Shown here one piece after another: positions 48,247-59,195 of a stretch of DNA of 64,000 bases. Source of the stretch: Candidatus Magasanikiibacteriota bacterium (GTDB taxonomy: Bacteria; Patescibacteriota; Patescibacteriia; Magasanikbacterales; GWA2-37-8); contig JAGOQR010000002.1 in the NCBI GenBank assembly GCA_017991415.1, positions 97,109 to 161,108 of the forward strand, in the 5' to 3' direction. The notes below the pieces were generated by a model. That model ran no database searches. It was given only the letters and a program-made list of their open reading frames with translations, and was not told the origin of the DNA. Each line of letters opens with the position of its first letter. Position 1 is the stretch's first letter. The position numbers and the translations under genes were made by a program.

Positions 48247-51200
48247 CTAAACTACTATACTAATTAATTTTCCTTTCACGTAAATAATTTTCTTTGGCTC
48301 TTTGCCTTCTAGCCATTTCTGAATTTTCTCGCTTGATAAGACTGCTTTTTTAGCATCTTCTTCGGAAATTTCGGCAGGCATTGTTATGGTATCGCGTAAT
48401 TTGCCATTTACTTGTACTGCCAAAGTGATTTCGTTTTCTATGGTTAGTTTTTCATCATATTCTGGCCAAGATTCTAGGGCAATACTTTTTTTATGACCGA
48501 GCTGACTCCATATTTCTTCGCACATGTGCGGAGCAAACGGAGACAGCGCTTTAACAAACAGAGCGTAGTGTGCAGCAAGTATTTTTTCTTGCTTGGACAT
48601 TTCATTTGCAAGCTCCATCATTTTGGCTATAGCTGTATTAAACCGCATTGTTTCTATATCTTCGGTTACTTTTTTAATTGTTTGATGTAATTGTGTTTCC
48701 AGTTTAGCATCAACAACATGAGATTTAGATAAAGCGCCCGCTACAATTTTTTCTTGTAACGCCCAAACTTTATCCAAAAACCGACGCACACCAACAAGCC
48801 CATTTGTATCCCACTCTACGGCCTGGTCGAATGGACCCATAAACATGATATACGTACGCAGCGTATCCGCACCAAATTGATCTACCATCTCATCTGGATT
48901 GATAACATTACCACGAGACTTACTCATCTTTTCTCCACCTTTAGCCAGAATCATGCCATGTGAAGTGCGTTTTTTATACGGCTCACCGGTTGGCACCAAC
49001 CCAATATCGTATAAAAATTGATTCCAAAAACGAGAATACAACAAATGCAAAACCGTATGTTCCATACCGCCATTATACCAATCTACTGGCTGCCAATATG
49101 CAAGCAAATCTTGATTCCAAAATTTATCGCCCTTAAGGTTCAACATTTTTTCGCCACCGAGTGCATATGCCAAGAAATACCAACTAGAACCTGCCCAATT
49201 TGGCATAGTATCTGTTTCGCGCTTGGCAGGATTGCCACACTGCGGACATTTGGTATGTACCCATTTAGTAATAGCCGCGAGCGGAGATTCGCCCGTATCA
49301 GTCGGCTGATATTTTTCTACTTTTGGAAGTTTGAGTGGTAATTCACTTTCTGGCAATGGCACCCAACCAGTGTTTTTACTGTGTAAAAATTCTTCTAAAA
49401 GTTCTGGGATTTTTTTGTCCGTAAAATGCCTAAAGCCATTCCATTTTTTAAATACCCAAGTACTTGGGACAGTACCACGCATACTACCAGGTAGCATATG
49501 ATCATCGGCAGAAATAATAACAGTCTTATTGAGTGCATGCTTTTCAACCTGTTTCCAATCAAACGATACATTCCAAAACTTTTTTAATGCTTCAACATCA
49601 ACACCACTATGTTTTTGCGCAAACTCTTTCCAATCACGCGATTCAATTTCACCGATAGCTGAGGCAACCAAATATACATGGCCAATTTTCTTTTTACTTT
49701 TTTCGAGTAAATGCAACGCCGCCTTGCTGCCTAGGCTATGACCAACCAGCACGTCATTTTCTCCAAGTGTATCAAAATATGGTTGCAACGCAGCAAGCCA
49801 TTTATTAAGGTCTGGATGATTACTATCTGGTAACGTTGGTACCATTACTTCAAATCCTTGTTTTTCTAATTCTGTTTTCATCCATGGCAGCCAATTACTA
49901 TCTCCACTTGCTTCAAAGCCATGTATTAATAATACTTTTTGTTTTTGGTTTTTACAATGTTCACAAAAAACAAGCGGGATTGGTTCACCCCAATAGCGCT
50001 GACGAGAAAATACCCAGTCACGTAATTTATAATTAATCTGTTTTTTACCTATGTTATTTTTTTCTACAAATTCTAAAACCTTTTGTTTTGCCGCACTTGT
50101 TGTTAAGCCATTTAAAAAATCAGAATGCACTGATACGCCTTCACCAGCATAGAGCTCTTGTGTAAATAAACGGTGCACATCTTGAGGCACTTTTAAAATC
50201 TGTTCGTCTGGTAATAACTCTTTTAATAAATCATACCCGCAATAACCCCATGCACAGCCAATTATTTTTTTACGATCCATGCAATTTTCTAATTCATAGA
50301 CATCCGCTTTGGAGTCGGTAAAATAATAGACATCTTGCATAGAAATCCCCCACTCTTTACAAACTTGTTCTATTTTTTCTTCTTTAGAGTGATGATCTTC
50401 GTATGTTAAAACATGGGTTGGATTAAGACCAGTTTCTTGTATTCTATTTTTAATGTACAAACTAGATCCAGCAGAAATAATTGCGATCTTGGTATTAGGA
50501 ATACGCTGCAACTCTTTATTAAAATCAGAAAATAAAGGATAGTTAATTTTTGCCATTGCCTCGCCAAACCGACGGGTCCAATCAAGCTTTGCTGCCACCT
50601 CTGCTTCGGTTAGGCTATGCCCTTTAACATGGTTCGGTTTATTGCTAAAGTATTTTGTCATGGACTCAATTACTTCTTCTCTACTCTTATCACCATCCAT
50701 GGTCATTTGCGATGCAACACACGCCTCAAACGTATCACCAATCACCCCATCAAAATCAAAAATCAAATATTTAGTTTTTTCGTTTGCTCCACTATTTGTC
50801 TGTACCACTTGCTTAATCGGCAGACCAAACTTCTTAGCAAAATCAAAATCACGTTCATCGTGAGCTGGCACGCCCATAATGGCGCCAGTACCAACACCGC
50901 CCATAACATAATTAGTTACCCACACTGGTACTTCTTCTTTGGAAACTGGATTAACGGCCATAATGCCAGCATATATACCAGTTTTCTCTTGCTCTTCACG
51001 CGTAGTTGTTGCCGCGCGATTTTTTAATTCCTGGTCAATATATGTTGTTACTTCGTTACTAGCAGCCCAACCAACATCTAGCCAACTCTTGGCCAATTCT
51101 GGAGAGATAGCCAAAAATGTTACACCAAAAATAGTATCTGGTCGTGTAGTAAATACAGTTACCGAATGTGCACCTTCTGGTTGAGATAGCACGCGTAATG

Positions 51201-51900
51201 GAAATATTACTTCTACACCTTCGCTTTTACCAATCCAATTTTCTTGACTGGTACGAGCGCGCTCAATATAATCTACTTCTTTTAAGCCTTCTAATAATTT
51301 ATCCGCATATTTGGTAATAGCAAGCATCCATTGTTCTTTATTTCTTTTTTCTACCACCGTACCACAACGCTCACAACAACCACCAACCACTTCTTCGTTG
51401 GCCAATCCGATCTTATCTTTTGGGCACCAATTAATTGGCTGATTCTTTTTATATGCCAGTCCATGTTTATAGAATTGTAAAAATAACCATTGGGTCCATT
51501 TGTAATACTGCGGATCGGTGGTATCTACTTGTCTGGACCAATCAAAACCAAACCCAAGCATTTTGAGCTGGCGAGTAAAATTAGCAATATTTTTTTTGGT
51601 TACCTCGGCCGGTGGCTTACCGGTTTTAATAGCAAAATTTTCGGTAGGCAGCCCAAACGCATCAAATCCAATCGGAAATAATACATTTTTTCCTTCCATT
51701 CTTTTTTTGCGCGTAATAACATCCATGGCCGTAAACGGACGCGGATGACCAACATGCAACCCTTCACCACTTGGGTACGGAAACTCAATAAGACCATAAA
51801 ACTTTTCTTTTGTTTTACTTTCTGTAACTTCAAATGTTTTTTCTTTTGCCCAATATTTTTGCCATTTTGGCTCTATTTTTTTCGGGTCGTATTTTTTCAT
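48247..51900 (-). CDS. leuS: Leucyl-tRNA synthetase with two inserted enzyme-like domains (HAD-like and YdeN/RBBP9-like alpha/beta hydrolase)
   Basis: HVGHPRPFTAMDV (HIGH region). Editing-domain motifs. LRDWVFSRQRYWGEPIP, RETDTMPNWAGSSWYF and KMSKSRGNV. Extra segments: IFDFDGVIGDT... (HAD DxDG) and VLLIHGFEASGDSNWLPWMK...VGHSLGSKAA (GxSxG hydrolase). Confidence 0.85.
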   Translation of the reverse strand: MKKYDPKKIEPKWQKYWAKEKTFEVTESKTKEKFYGLIEFPYPSGEGLHVGHPRPFTAMDVITRKKRMEGKNVLFPIGFDAFGLPTENFAIKTGKPPAEVTKKNIANFTRQLKMLGFGFDWSRQVDTTDPQYYKWTQWLFLQFYKHGLAYKKNQPINWCPKDKIGLANEEVVGGCCERCGTVVEKRNKEQWMLAITKYADKLLEGLKEVDYIERARTSQENWIGKSEGVEVIFPLRVLSQPEGAHSVTVFTTRPDTIFGVTFLAISPELAKSWLDVGWAASNEVTTYIDQELKNRAATTTREEQEKTGIYAGIMAVNPVSKEEVPVWVTNYVMGGVGTGAIMGVPAHDERDFDFAKKFGLPIKQVVQTNSGANEKTKYLIFDFDGVIGDTFEACVASQMTMDGDKSREEVIESMTKYFSNKPNHVKGHSLTEAEVAAKLDWTRRFGEAMAKINYPLFSDFNKELQRIPNTKIAIISAGSSLYIKNRIQETGLNPTHVLTYEDHHSKEEKIEQVCKEWGISMQDVYYFTDSKADVYELENCMDRKKIIGCAWGYCGYDLLKELLPDEQILKVPQDVHRLFTQELYAGEGVSVHSDFLNGLTTSAAKQKVLEFVEKNNIGKKQINYKLRDWVFSRQRYWGEPIPLVFCEHCKNQKQKVLLIHGFEASGDSNWLPWMKTELEKQGFEVMVPTLPDSNHPDLNKWLAALQPYFDTLGENDVLVGHSLGSKAALHLLEKSKKKIGHVYLVASAIGEIESRDWKEFAQKHSGVDVEALKKFWNVSFDWKQVEKHALNKTVIISADDHMLPGSMRGTVPSTWVFKKWNGFRHFTDKKIPELLEEFLHSKNTGWVPLPESELPLKLPKVEKYQPTDTGESPLAAITKWVHTKCPQCGNPAKRETDTMPNWAGSSWYFLAYALGGEKMLNLKGDKFWNQDLLAYWQPVDWYNGGMEHTVLHLLYSRFWNQFLYDIGLVPTGEPYKKRTSHGMILAKGGEKMSKSRGNVINPDEMVDQFGADTLRTYIMFMGPFDQAVEWDTNGLVGVRRFLDKVWALQEKIVAGALSKSHVVDAKLETQLHQTIKKVTEDIETMRFNTAIAKMMELANEMSKQEKILAAHYALFVKALSPFAPHMCEEIWSQLGHKKSIALESWPEYDEKLTIENEITLAVQVNGKLRDTITMPAEISEEDAKKAVLSSEKIQKWLEGKEPKKIIYVKGKLISIVV

Positions 51901-51995
51901 ATTCTTAACTTTACTTATACAAAAACATAGAAACCTATTTTCTTAGTTTACCTAAGAAAAAATAAATAATCAACCCTGCATATTCTAACTTTTCA

Positions 51996-52030
51996 ACAAA
52001 GAAAACAGGCCTGCCGCCTGTTTTCTTTGT
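51996..52030. terminator. Bidirectional hairpin terminator (AAAACAGGC-ctgcc-GCCTGTTTT) between leuS start region and the upstream gene's end
   Basis: Perfect 9-bp stem with U-runs on both strands. Lies just downstream of the stop of the 52046-53428 gene. Confidence 0.55.
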
Positions 52031-52045
52031 TGAAATTTTATTTAA

Positions 52046-53428
52046 TTAAACTGTAACTGGCAAATCTGCAGTTTTACTGGTTTCAAAAGTTTTATTAATA
52101 CTTATGGCTACTACTATAAACGCTTTTTCAAAAGAATGTTTAGCTAGCATATCTTTAATACCTTGAATTGATTCTGGGCTATCTGCAAATTCTTGCTCTA
52201 ATTGTTTCCATAACTTAGATTTAAAATCTAATAACTCTTGAGTAAAATTTCTTACTGCCTGCTCTCTCATTATTTTACGATCTTCTAAAGATCCTGCATA
52301 ATATTCATCCCCACGCACAGCCAACATACTATTAACATAACGCTCCATTATTTGAACAGGCAGACGATCGACTATAATATCCCCCTTTAATTTACTTGAA
52401 ATTCTAGCACTTCCCAATTCAGGAGTAACGAGTACACGCGAATCTGCACTAATATAAAAAACTGCCCGATTATTCGCAATAACATCTTGTGTAGGAAGCC
52501 TATCTTTAATAAAAGAATAAAAACGAACATGAGGTGACGCTTTTAACCCTGCCTCAAAATCAAATCCTTTTTCACCTCTTTTGACTCCTGAATCTAGAAT
52601 TGGCTGTAACGAAGGTTCGGGAGAAATATTCGGCTCTTGATCTACCTCAGTTGGTGCAGATGGCTCTACATGTCCATTATCTTCTTCTACTGTTTCTGAT
52701 TCAGAAATTCCAGAATCATCTAACAACTGAGATGATAAAAATCCGGGTTCTTCTTGAAAACTTTTTTTATCACCGTTATATATTGAAGCAAAATATCTAA
52801 TTTTATCTGTCTTTTCCCTATCCTCCGACATCAAAGTTCCAGATGCACCCACAGATAAATACCACAGCTTTTCTATATCAGGCTTTTTTAACAACACTTC
52901 TTGATCACTAAGCTCTTTCATTGCGCCCTGCAAAGAGTTATGAATAAGATAGTAGTCAGCCAAAGAAGTTACTAACAATTCTGGGCGAGGATCCATATCA
53001 ATCTGAGCAGATACTTTTTCGGATGAAATATAATAACCCCAAATTCCTACCAGATTATTATACAGCTCTTCATTACGACTACTATCAACTAACAATTTTA
53101 CCTGCGCGTCAACTATTTGTTTTTTTAAATCTGCATCAATTGATTTTGCCAATAAATTCATTGAATAATCAAATGCCTGTATCGCCGCTATTCCAGGTAA
53201 TTTATACTCAGAGCCATGGCCTTGATTTACCATAAACAAATCACTCTCCCACAAGGAGAGCAACTTTTTTGCTTGATCATTTGGATTAACTAAACCTTCT
53301 ATGGTAGAAAAATCTTCTTTGAAGAGTTTATAATTCGCAGCAGAATAGTCGCTCACAAAAGAGAATACTTCATCTTTATTTCTGCGTAATTCTTCTAACG
53401 CTATTCCCGCGAATCTTTCAGCCGACAT
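52046..53428 (-). CDS. hypothetical protein (460 aa)
   Basis: Long ORF with coding-like composition between trxA and leuS. No motif recognised. Confidence 0.45.
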   Translation of the reverse strand: MSAERFAGIALEELRRNKDEVFSFVSDYSAANYKLFKEDFSTIEGLVNPNDQAKKLLSLWESDLFMVNQGHGSEYKLPGIAAIQAFDYSMNLLAKSIDADLKKQIVDAQVKLLVDSSRNEELYNNLVGIWGYYISSEKVSAQIDMDPRPELLVTSLADYYLIHNSLQGAMKELSDQEVLLKKPDIEKLWYLSVGASGTLMSEDREKTDKIRYFASIYNGDKKSFQEEPGFLSSQLLDDSGISESETVEEDNGHVEPSAPTEVDQEPNISPEPSLQPILDSGVKRGEKGFDFEAGLKASPHVRFYSFIKDRLPTQDVIANNRAVFYISADSRVLVTPELGSARISSKLKGDIIVDRLPVQIMERYVNSMLAVRGDEYYAGSLEDRKIMREQAVRNFTQELLDFKSKLWKQLEQEFADSPESIQGIKDMLAKHSFEKAFIVVAISINKTFETSKTADLPVTV

Positions 53429-53451
53429 AATAAAAAATTAATTTTATATGC

Positions 53452-53772
53452 TTATAATTGTTTATCTATCATTGCCTGTAATTTTTCTTTTTGCACACCG
53501 CCAACTACCTGGTCTACAGGCTGACCATCTTTAAAGACTAAGAAAGAAGGAATACTCATAATGTTATACTTAGCAGAAATTTCTGGATTCTCGTCTACAT
53601 TGCATTTGCCAATTTTAATATTTTTACCTTCGTATGCCTTGGCCATTTCTTCTACAATCGGACCCATAATTTGACATGGACCACACCATGGAGCCCAAAA
53701 ATCAACAAAAACTGGAGTAGTTGATTTGAGAACTTCGGCATCAAAATTTGCTTCTGTAAATATATGTTCCAT
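53452..53772 (-). CDS. trxA: Thioredoxin
   Basis: WAPWCGPCQ active site. 106 aa. Confidence 0.9.
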   Translation of the reverse strand: MEHIFTEANFDAEVLKSTTPVFVDFWAPWCGPCQIMGPIVEEMAKAYEGKNIKIGKCNVDENPEISAKYNIMSIPSFLVFKDGQPVDQVVGGVQKEKLQAMIDKQL

Positions 53773-53791
53773 ATAGTTTGTAAATTAATTT

Positions 53792-55807
53792 TTATTCAAG
53801 GATTAATTTCTTTTCTTTTTCTTCTTCTTTGTAGGCTTCGAGGACGTCGCCTATTTCTAATTTTACTTTACCATCATATTGCAAACCGCCTTCGTTACCT
53901 TCTGGCAACTCGTTAACTGTCTGCTTGCCCGATTGTAATTGAAAAATTTTACCCATGCCGATTATTTCGCCATCTCGTTTTACCCGTACGCGGGCATCTT
54001 TTTTGAGTTTTCCCGAGATAACACGGCCGCCGACAATCATACTATTTTTAGCAGTTCTAAAGATTGCTGCCACTTTGAGACTACCCAATTCGATAATAAT
54101 TTTTTCTGGATTGAGTAATTTTTTAAGCTCTACTTTTACAAAATCAATGAGATCGTATATTACACTAAATTGTAAAAATTGTATATTTTTATCTTGAATC
54201 ATGTTTTTGGCAAGCGGTACTGGCACCACATTAAACCCGCAGATAATACCATGACTTGTTTCGGCTTTGGAGACATCATCGGCCATAACATTGCCCAAAC
54301 CTTTACCAACGATACGAACTCCTACTTCTTCGTTTTTAATCTTATCAAGCGAACCAATAATCGCTTCGAGCGAACCGAGCGTATCGGCTTTGACTATTAA
54401 ATTTAATACTTTTTTCTTTTCTTCATCTTCTGGATCTGCCATTAGGGACACTGTTTTCTTTTCAGCTCCAGATTGAATATTTCTTTTTTCTTTTATATTA
54501 ATAATATTGGCGCTACTTGCACTACCAACATCCAAAATATCTCCTACTTGCGGAGCAACTTTAAAACCAAGAATTCGTACAGGGCAACTTGGACCAGCTT
54601 GCACCAAATTTTCTCCTTTGTAATCTTTCATGGCGCGCACCTTGCCATATATTTCTCCATTAACTACAAGCGGATCATTTAATCGCAATGTTCCAGTCTG
54701 GACTAATAAAGTAGCTACTGGACCTTCTCCTTTATCTACATGGGCTTCGATTACCGTACCTGCGGCAGCACGATCTGGATTGGCTTTGATATTTTCGGCA
54801 TTTACATCTGCAACAAGTAATAATACATCGAGTAATTTATCGATATTTAAATTTTGTTTAGCAGAAATTTCTACCACTGGCACCTCACCACCCCACTCTT
54901 CAGCCAAAATATCGTGTTGAGATAAATCGGCGCGCACTCTTTTTGGATCAGCGCCTTCTTTATCCATTTTGTTGATTGCCACCACAACTGGCAACTTGGC
55001 AGCTTTGATAATTTTGATCGCTTCGATTGTTTGCGGCTTAACACTATCGTCGGCAGCTACTACCAGCACGGCAATATCGGCAACTTTGGCACCACGACCT
55101 CGCATTACGGAAAACGCTTCGTGACCAGGAGTATCGATAAATGTAAGTGGAGATTTTTCTTTGGTTTTTGGATTGTTCCATATTACCTGGTACGCACCAA
55201 TATGCTGTGTAATACCACCGGCTTCTTGCGCCATAACATTGGCACTGCGAATAGAGTCGAGTAATTTGGTTTTTCCATGATCAACGTGACCCATCACCAC
55301 AATAACTGGAGCTCTAGCCACACCTGCATCGGTAGTTAAAATATTTTGTAGATTTTCAACATGAGAGGTTTCTTCGGCTTTGGTTTCAACAGAACCTTCG
55401 GCTACAGTAAAACCAAGATCTTGCGCTACAAGCGCAGCTGTATCGTGGTCTACATTTTCATTTTGGGTAGCCAAAATACCGTTCTTCATGAATTCCATTA
55501 TCAACCGAGTAAGCGGCACCTGTAACAAATCAGCAAGCTCTTTTACGGTAAGCTTGTCACCAATTGTAACGGTAATACCACTACTCTTGCGGGCTTCTTT
55601 TTCTAATTCTTTTTGTTTTTCTTTTTCTTTTATTTCTCTATCTTCCAAAACAAACTTGATACGTTTCCATTGGCGCTGAATTTGCTGGGCGACTCTGTCG
55701 TCTACTTTTACCGCTCTGGCTCCAATATCAAAACCAAACTCTGGCAAAATCTGCAAAAGTTTTTGAGGATGAATTTTTAATTGTCTGGCTAGTTCGGTAA
55801 CATTCAT
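53792..55807 (-). CDS. infB: Translation initiation factor IF-2
   Basis: G domain motifs [20 protein letters not shown] and NKMD. Domain order typical of IF-2. 671 aa. Confidence 0.9.
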   Translation of the reverse strand: MNVTELARQLKIHPQKLLQILPEFGFDIGARAVKVDDRVAQQIQRQWKRIKFVLEDREIKEKEKQKELEKEARKSSGITVTIGDKLTVKELADLLQVPLTRLIMEFMKNGILATQNENVDHDTAALVAQDLGFTVAEGSVETKAEETSHVENLQNILTTDAGVARAPVIVVMGHVDHGKTKLLDSIRSANVMAQEAGGITQHIGAYQVIWNNPKTKEKSPLTFIDTPGHEAFSVMRGRGAKVADIAVLVVAADDSVKPQTIEAIKIIKAAKLPVVVAINKMDKEGADPKRVRADLSQHDILAEEWGGEVPVVEISAKQNLNIDKLLDVLLLVADVNAENIKANPDRAAAGTVIEAHVDKGEGPVATLLVQTGTLRLNDPLVVNGEIYGKVRAMKDYKGENLVQAGPSCPVRILGFKVAPQVGDILDVGSASSANIINIKEKRNIQSGAEKKTVSLMADPEDEEKKKVLNLIVKADTLGSLEAIIGSLDKIKNEEVGVRIVGKGLGNVMADDVSKAETSHGIICGFNVVPVPLAKNMIQDKNIQFLQFSVIYDLIDFVKVELKKLLNPEKIIIELGSLKVAAIFRTAKNSMIVGGRVISGKLKKDARVRVKRDGEIIGMGKIFQLQSGKQTVNELPEGNEGGLQYDGKVKLEIGDVLEAYKEEEKEKKLILE

Positions 55808-55910
55808 GTAAATAATTTATAACGAATACATCATATTATATAGGAGAAAATATTAAAAGTCAATTACGGCATCTTGTTCTTTTTTCCAAACTCTTGCATA
55901 CTATTGCTAT

Positions 55911-56603
55911 ATGGATTTCTTACTCATCAACAAACCCGAAGGCTGGACCAGTTTCGATGTAGTGGCGTTTGTGCGCAAGTACGCCAAACAAACAGCCACC
56001 CAAACTGACCCAAAACAAAAACGAATTAAAGTCGGACACGCTGGCACGCTCGACCCATTTGCCACCGGTCTTTTAATTGTCGGGGTTGGCCGAGATGCCA
56101 CCAAAAGACTGGACGAATTTAAACAATTACCAAAAACCTATATTGCCACCATAAAACTCGGAGAAACAAGTGATACCTACGACAAAACTGGTACTATTAC
56201 TGCAAATAGCAATCAAACACCTGTACCAGAAAATCAGATTATAGAAACACTTAAAACCTTTATCGGCAAACAACTCCAGGTTCCACCCATGTTCTCGGCT
56301 AAAAAAATAAACGGCCAACGCCTATATACTTTGGCCAGAAAAGGCGTAGAAGTAGAACGCCAACCAAACGAAATAGAAATATATGAAATTAAATTGCTGG
56401 AATATGCTTGGCCGATACTAAAAATAGAGGTGCGGTGCGCAGCAGGCACATATATTCGGTCTTTGGCCTATGATATTGGCACCAAACTGGGCGTGGGCGC
56501 ATATTGCCAAGAACTCGTTCGTACTAAAATCGGAACATACTTACTTACCAACGCAATAGACGTACAACAAATCAAAGACTCACCTACAACATTATTAAAT
56601 TAA
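55911..56603 (+). CDS. truB: tRNA pseudouridine(55) synthase TruB
   Basis: Catalytic Asp motif GHAGTLDPFATGLLIVGVG. 230 aa. Confidence 0.85.
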   Translation: MDFLLINKPEGWTSFDVVAFVRKYAKQTATQTDPKQKRIKVGHAGTLDPFATGLLIVGVGRDATKRLDEFKQLPKTYIATIKLGETSDTYDKTGTITANSNQTPVPENQIIETLKTFIGKQLQVPPMFSAKKINGQRLYTLARKGVEVERQPNEIEIYEIKLLEYAWPILKIEVRCAAGTYIRSLAYDIGTKLGVGAYCQELVRTKIGTYLLTNAIDVQQIKDSPTTLLN

Positions 56604-56612
56604 CATAATTAT

Positions 56613-56819
56613 ATGCCCCCTATTGAATGGATGCCAGGCATCGAACCATTACCCCAAGGAGAAATAAAGAGGATTAACGACGATGAACGAAACCGAGAAA
56701 CACCTCCCCCAACCCAACCTACCGTGGAAATTCATATACCAGCTACGCCTTCCGAACCAACCCCACAAAAACCCCAGGACGGCGGCTGGAGAAGAGGTGT
56801 AGAAGAAATTGAGATTTAA
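56613..56819 (+). CDS. small Pro-rich hypothetical ORF (possibly spurious)
   Basis: 68-aa ORF directly after truB. Pro/Glu-rich with no motif. Retained only because of tight spacing. Confidence 0.2.
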   Translation: MPPIEWMPGIEPLPQGEIKRINDDERNRETPPPTQPTVEIHIPATPSEPTPQKPQDGGWRRGVEEIEI

Positions 56820-57218
56820 AACCACTATCCTCTCGTTATTCGGGCAAGGCTTCGGTTTGACAAAACTGCCCACCAGTGCTACGATATTGGCAGATTTAAT
56901 AATTAACGATCTTTGAGTAACTACCGTTAAATTTCAAGAAGAACCAGGAAAGATCAAGCTAAAAACACCTTCTAGTTCGGCCAATATATGCTAAAAAAAT
57001 CACAAAAAACATCCCAAAAAGAACTAAACTGGACTAGCAAACCTTCGCTTTTTTGTATTTTCTCGCTATAAAACTTCGCCGAGACTAGCACTTCTTCTCT
57101 AACTTTAAACTGGTACCAACTCAAAGATTTTGAGGATTTTTTATAATCGAAGTGAGTTTATGTACAGCGGCAACTTTTGTTAGCACGCATACAAACGATC
57201 GAGATTATAGATACATAT

Positions 57219-58745
57219 ATGAATAGTATAATTTGGGCTGTTATCGTAATAGCCGGAACCGGAGCTGGTGTCGGCTTTGGATATATCATGAGGAAAAAGC
57301 TGGCTCAAGCAGAAGCCAACTCTATCGAAGCAAAGGCAGAAAAACTTCTTACCGAAGCCAAGACCCAGCAACAACAGCTTGTCTTGGAAGGTAAAGAAAA
57401 AGCTGCTCAAATAATAGACGAGGCTAAGCGTGAAGAAAAAACTGTCCGCCAAGAATTGCATAATGTGCAAGAAAGACTCGAGAGACGCGAAACTATGTTT
57501 GATCAAAAATTGATTGAACTCGAAAGCAGCAAACAAAAACTACAAGAACAGGCAAACAAAATCCAACAAGTAAAAACAGATATCGAAAAATTACGCGACC
57601 AAGAATTAGAAAAATTACAGACTATCTCCAACCTCAACCGAGACCAAGCTAAAGAAGAACTACTCAAACGCATCGAAGAACAAAGTAAAGCAGATCTCAC
57701 TGCTCGCATTTTGAAATTGGACAAACAATCAGTCGAAGTCTACGAAGAGAAAGCTCGCGAACTTATCGCCGATGCAGTCCAGCGCTGCGCTTCTTCTCAT
57801 GCTGCCGAAATTACTTCTACTACTGTTCACCTTACCAGCGAAGACATGAAGGGTCGTATTATCGGAAAAGAAGGACGCAACATTAAGACCCTCGAAAAAC
57901 TAACTGGCTGCGAACTTATCATCGACGACACCCCAGATGCCATTGTGGTTTCTGGCTTCTCCCCTATCCGCCGTCAAATTGCCAAACTTGCCCTGGAAAA
58001 ATTAATGGCTGATGGCCGTATCCAACCTGCTCGTATCGAAGAATTTGTAGAAAAAGCAAAACAAGATTTGGCTCTCGACATCAAAAAAGCTGGTGAAGAA
58101 GCATTGTACAAAATGGGTATTACTGGCATCGATCCAAAACTAGTAAGCATCGTTGGCCGTCTTAAATACCGCACCAGTTATGGCCAAAATATTATCAACC
58201 ATTCCATGGAAACTGGCTACTTGGCTGCTATGATTGCAAGCGAACTCGGACTCGACGCTGCTAAAGCCAAAAAATGTGGTTTCTTCCACGATATTGGTAA
58301 AGCCGTAGACCAAGAAACACAAGGCTCTCACCCAGAAATCGGCCACATGATTCTCAAGAAATTCAACATGGACGAAGATATTTGCCAAGCTGCTCTTACC
58401 CACCACCAAGATAAAACCTACAATATCTATTCTTCTATTGCCAAAGCAGCCGACGCAATTTCTGGTGCACGCGTTGGTGCCCGCAAGGATAGCTACGAAC
58501 AATTTGTAGCTCGCCTCGAAGAACTAGAAAAAACTGCACGCACCTTCCCTGGCATCGACAAAGTCTATGCTATCCAAGCTGGTCGTGAAATCCGCGTGTT
58601 TGTAAAACCAAACGAAGTGGATGACTATTCTGCCTTCCAATTGGCCAAAGATATTTCTCGCAAAATTGAACAAGAATTACAATATCCTGGTGAAATCCGC
58701 GTAACCATTATCCGCGAAACACGCGTAGTGGAATATGCAAAATAA
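57219..58745 (+). CDS. rny: Ribonuclease Y
   Basis: N-terminal TM helix (MNSIIWAVIVIAGTGAG). Coiled coil. KH domain (GRIIGKEGRNIKTLE). HD domain (HSMETGYLAAMIA...HDIGK). ATG at 57219 preferred over the TTG at 57177. Confidence 0.85.
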   Translation: MNSIIWAVIVIAGTGAGVGFGYIMRKKLAQAEANSIEAKAEKLLTEAKTQQQQLVLEGKEKAAQIIDEAKREEKTVRQELHNVQERLERRETMFDQKLIELESSKQKLQEQANKIQQVKTDIEKLRDQELEKLQTISNLNRDQAKEELLKRIEEQSKADLTARILKLDKQSVEVYEEKARELIADAVQRCASSHAAEITSTTVHLTSEDMKGRIIGKEGRNIKTLEKLTGCELIIDDTPDAIVVSGFSPIRRQIAKLALEKLMADGRIQPARIEEFVEKAKQDLALDIKKAGEEALYKMGITGIDPKLVSIVGRLKYRTSYGQNIINHSMETGYLAAMIASELGLDAAKAKKCGFFHDIGKAVDQETQGSHPEIGHMILKKFNMDEDICQAALTHHQDKTYNIYSSIAKAADAISGARVGARKDSYEQFVARLEELEKTARTFPGIDKVYAIQAGREIRVFVKPNEVDDYSAFQLAKDISRKIEQELQYPGEIRVTIIRETRVVEYAK

Positions 58746-58865
58746 GCCATGGGGATAACTAGATTCGCTTAACATAGGCAAAAAAAATTCATCGTGCTAC
58801 AATACAGGCTAACCTTAGGGAAATTAATGTATGTACAAATCTTATACTCGAAAGGGGGTGACACT

Positions 58866-59141
58866 ATGAATAAAGCAGATTTAGCTCAAGCAGTAGCAGA
58901 AAAATTAAGCCTACCAAAGCGTCAAGTTGAGGAAACACTAAACACTCTTCTCGACACTATCGTAGCTCAATTAAAGAAAAACGAAGAAGTAGTATTAACA
59001 GGTTTCGGCGCTTTCTCCGCAAAAAAACGTGCTGCAAGACAAGGCGTAAACCCACAAAATCCTACTCAGAAAATCCAGATTCCAGCTGTTACCGTTCCAA
59101 AATTCAAAGCAGGTAAAGGCTTGAAAGATGCGTTGAAATAA
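58866..59141 (+). CDS. hup: HU family DNA-binding protein
   Basis: MNKADLAQAVAEKLSLPKRQVEETLNTLLDTI...GFGAFSAKKRAARQGVNPQNP. Strong RBS AAGGGGG 7 nt upstream of the ATG at 58866. The longer ORF from 58794 was rejected. Confidence 0.85.
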   Translation: MNKADLAQAVAEKLSLPKRQVEETLNTLLDTIVAQLKKNEEVVLTGFGAFSAKKRAARQGVNPQNPTQKIQIPAVTVPKFKAGKGLKDALK

Positions 59142-59157
59142 AAATTTTAATTTCAAA

Positions 59158-59195
59158 AACAAAAACCCTTGGAGTGATCTGAGGGTTTTTGTTTT
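59158..59195. terminator. Bidirectional Rho-independent terminator between hup (+) and the histidine kinase gene (-)
   Basis: AAAACCCT-ttggagtgatctg-AGGGTTTT hairpin with flanking A/T runs. Confidence 0.6.

Noticed and set aside
49000-50700. Inserted segments in leuS considered as inteins
   Set aside because: There is no Cys/Ser at the N-terminal splice junction, no HN-C/S/T C-terminal junction, and no LAGLIDADG/HNH endonuclease motifs. The segments instead match HAD and alpha/beta-hydrolase folds.
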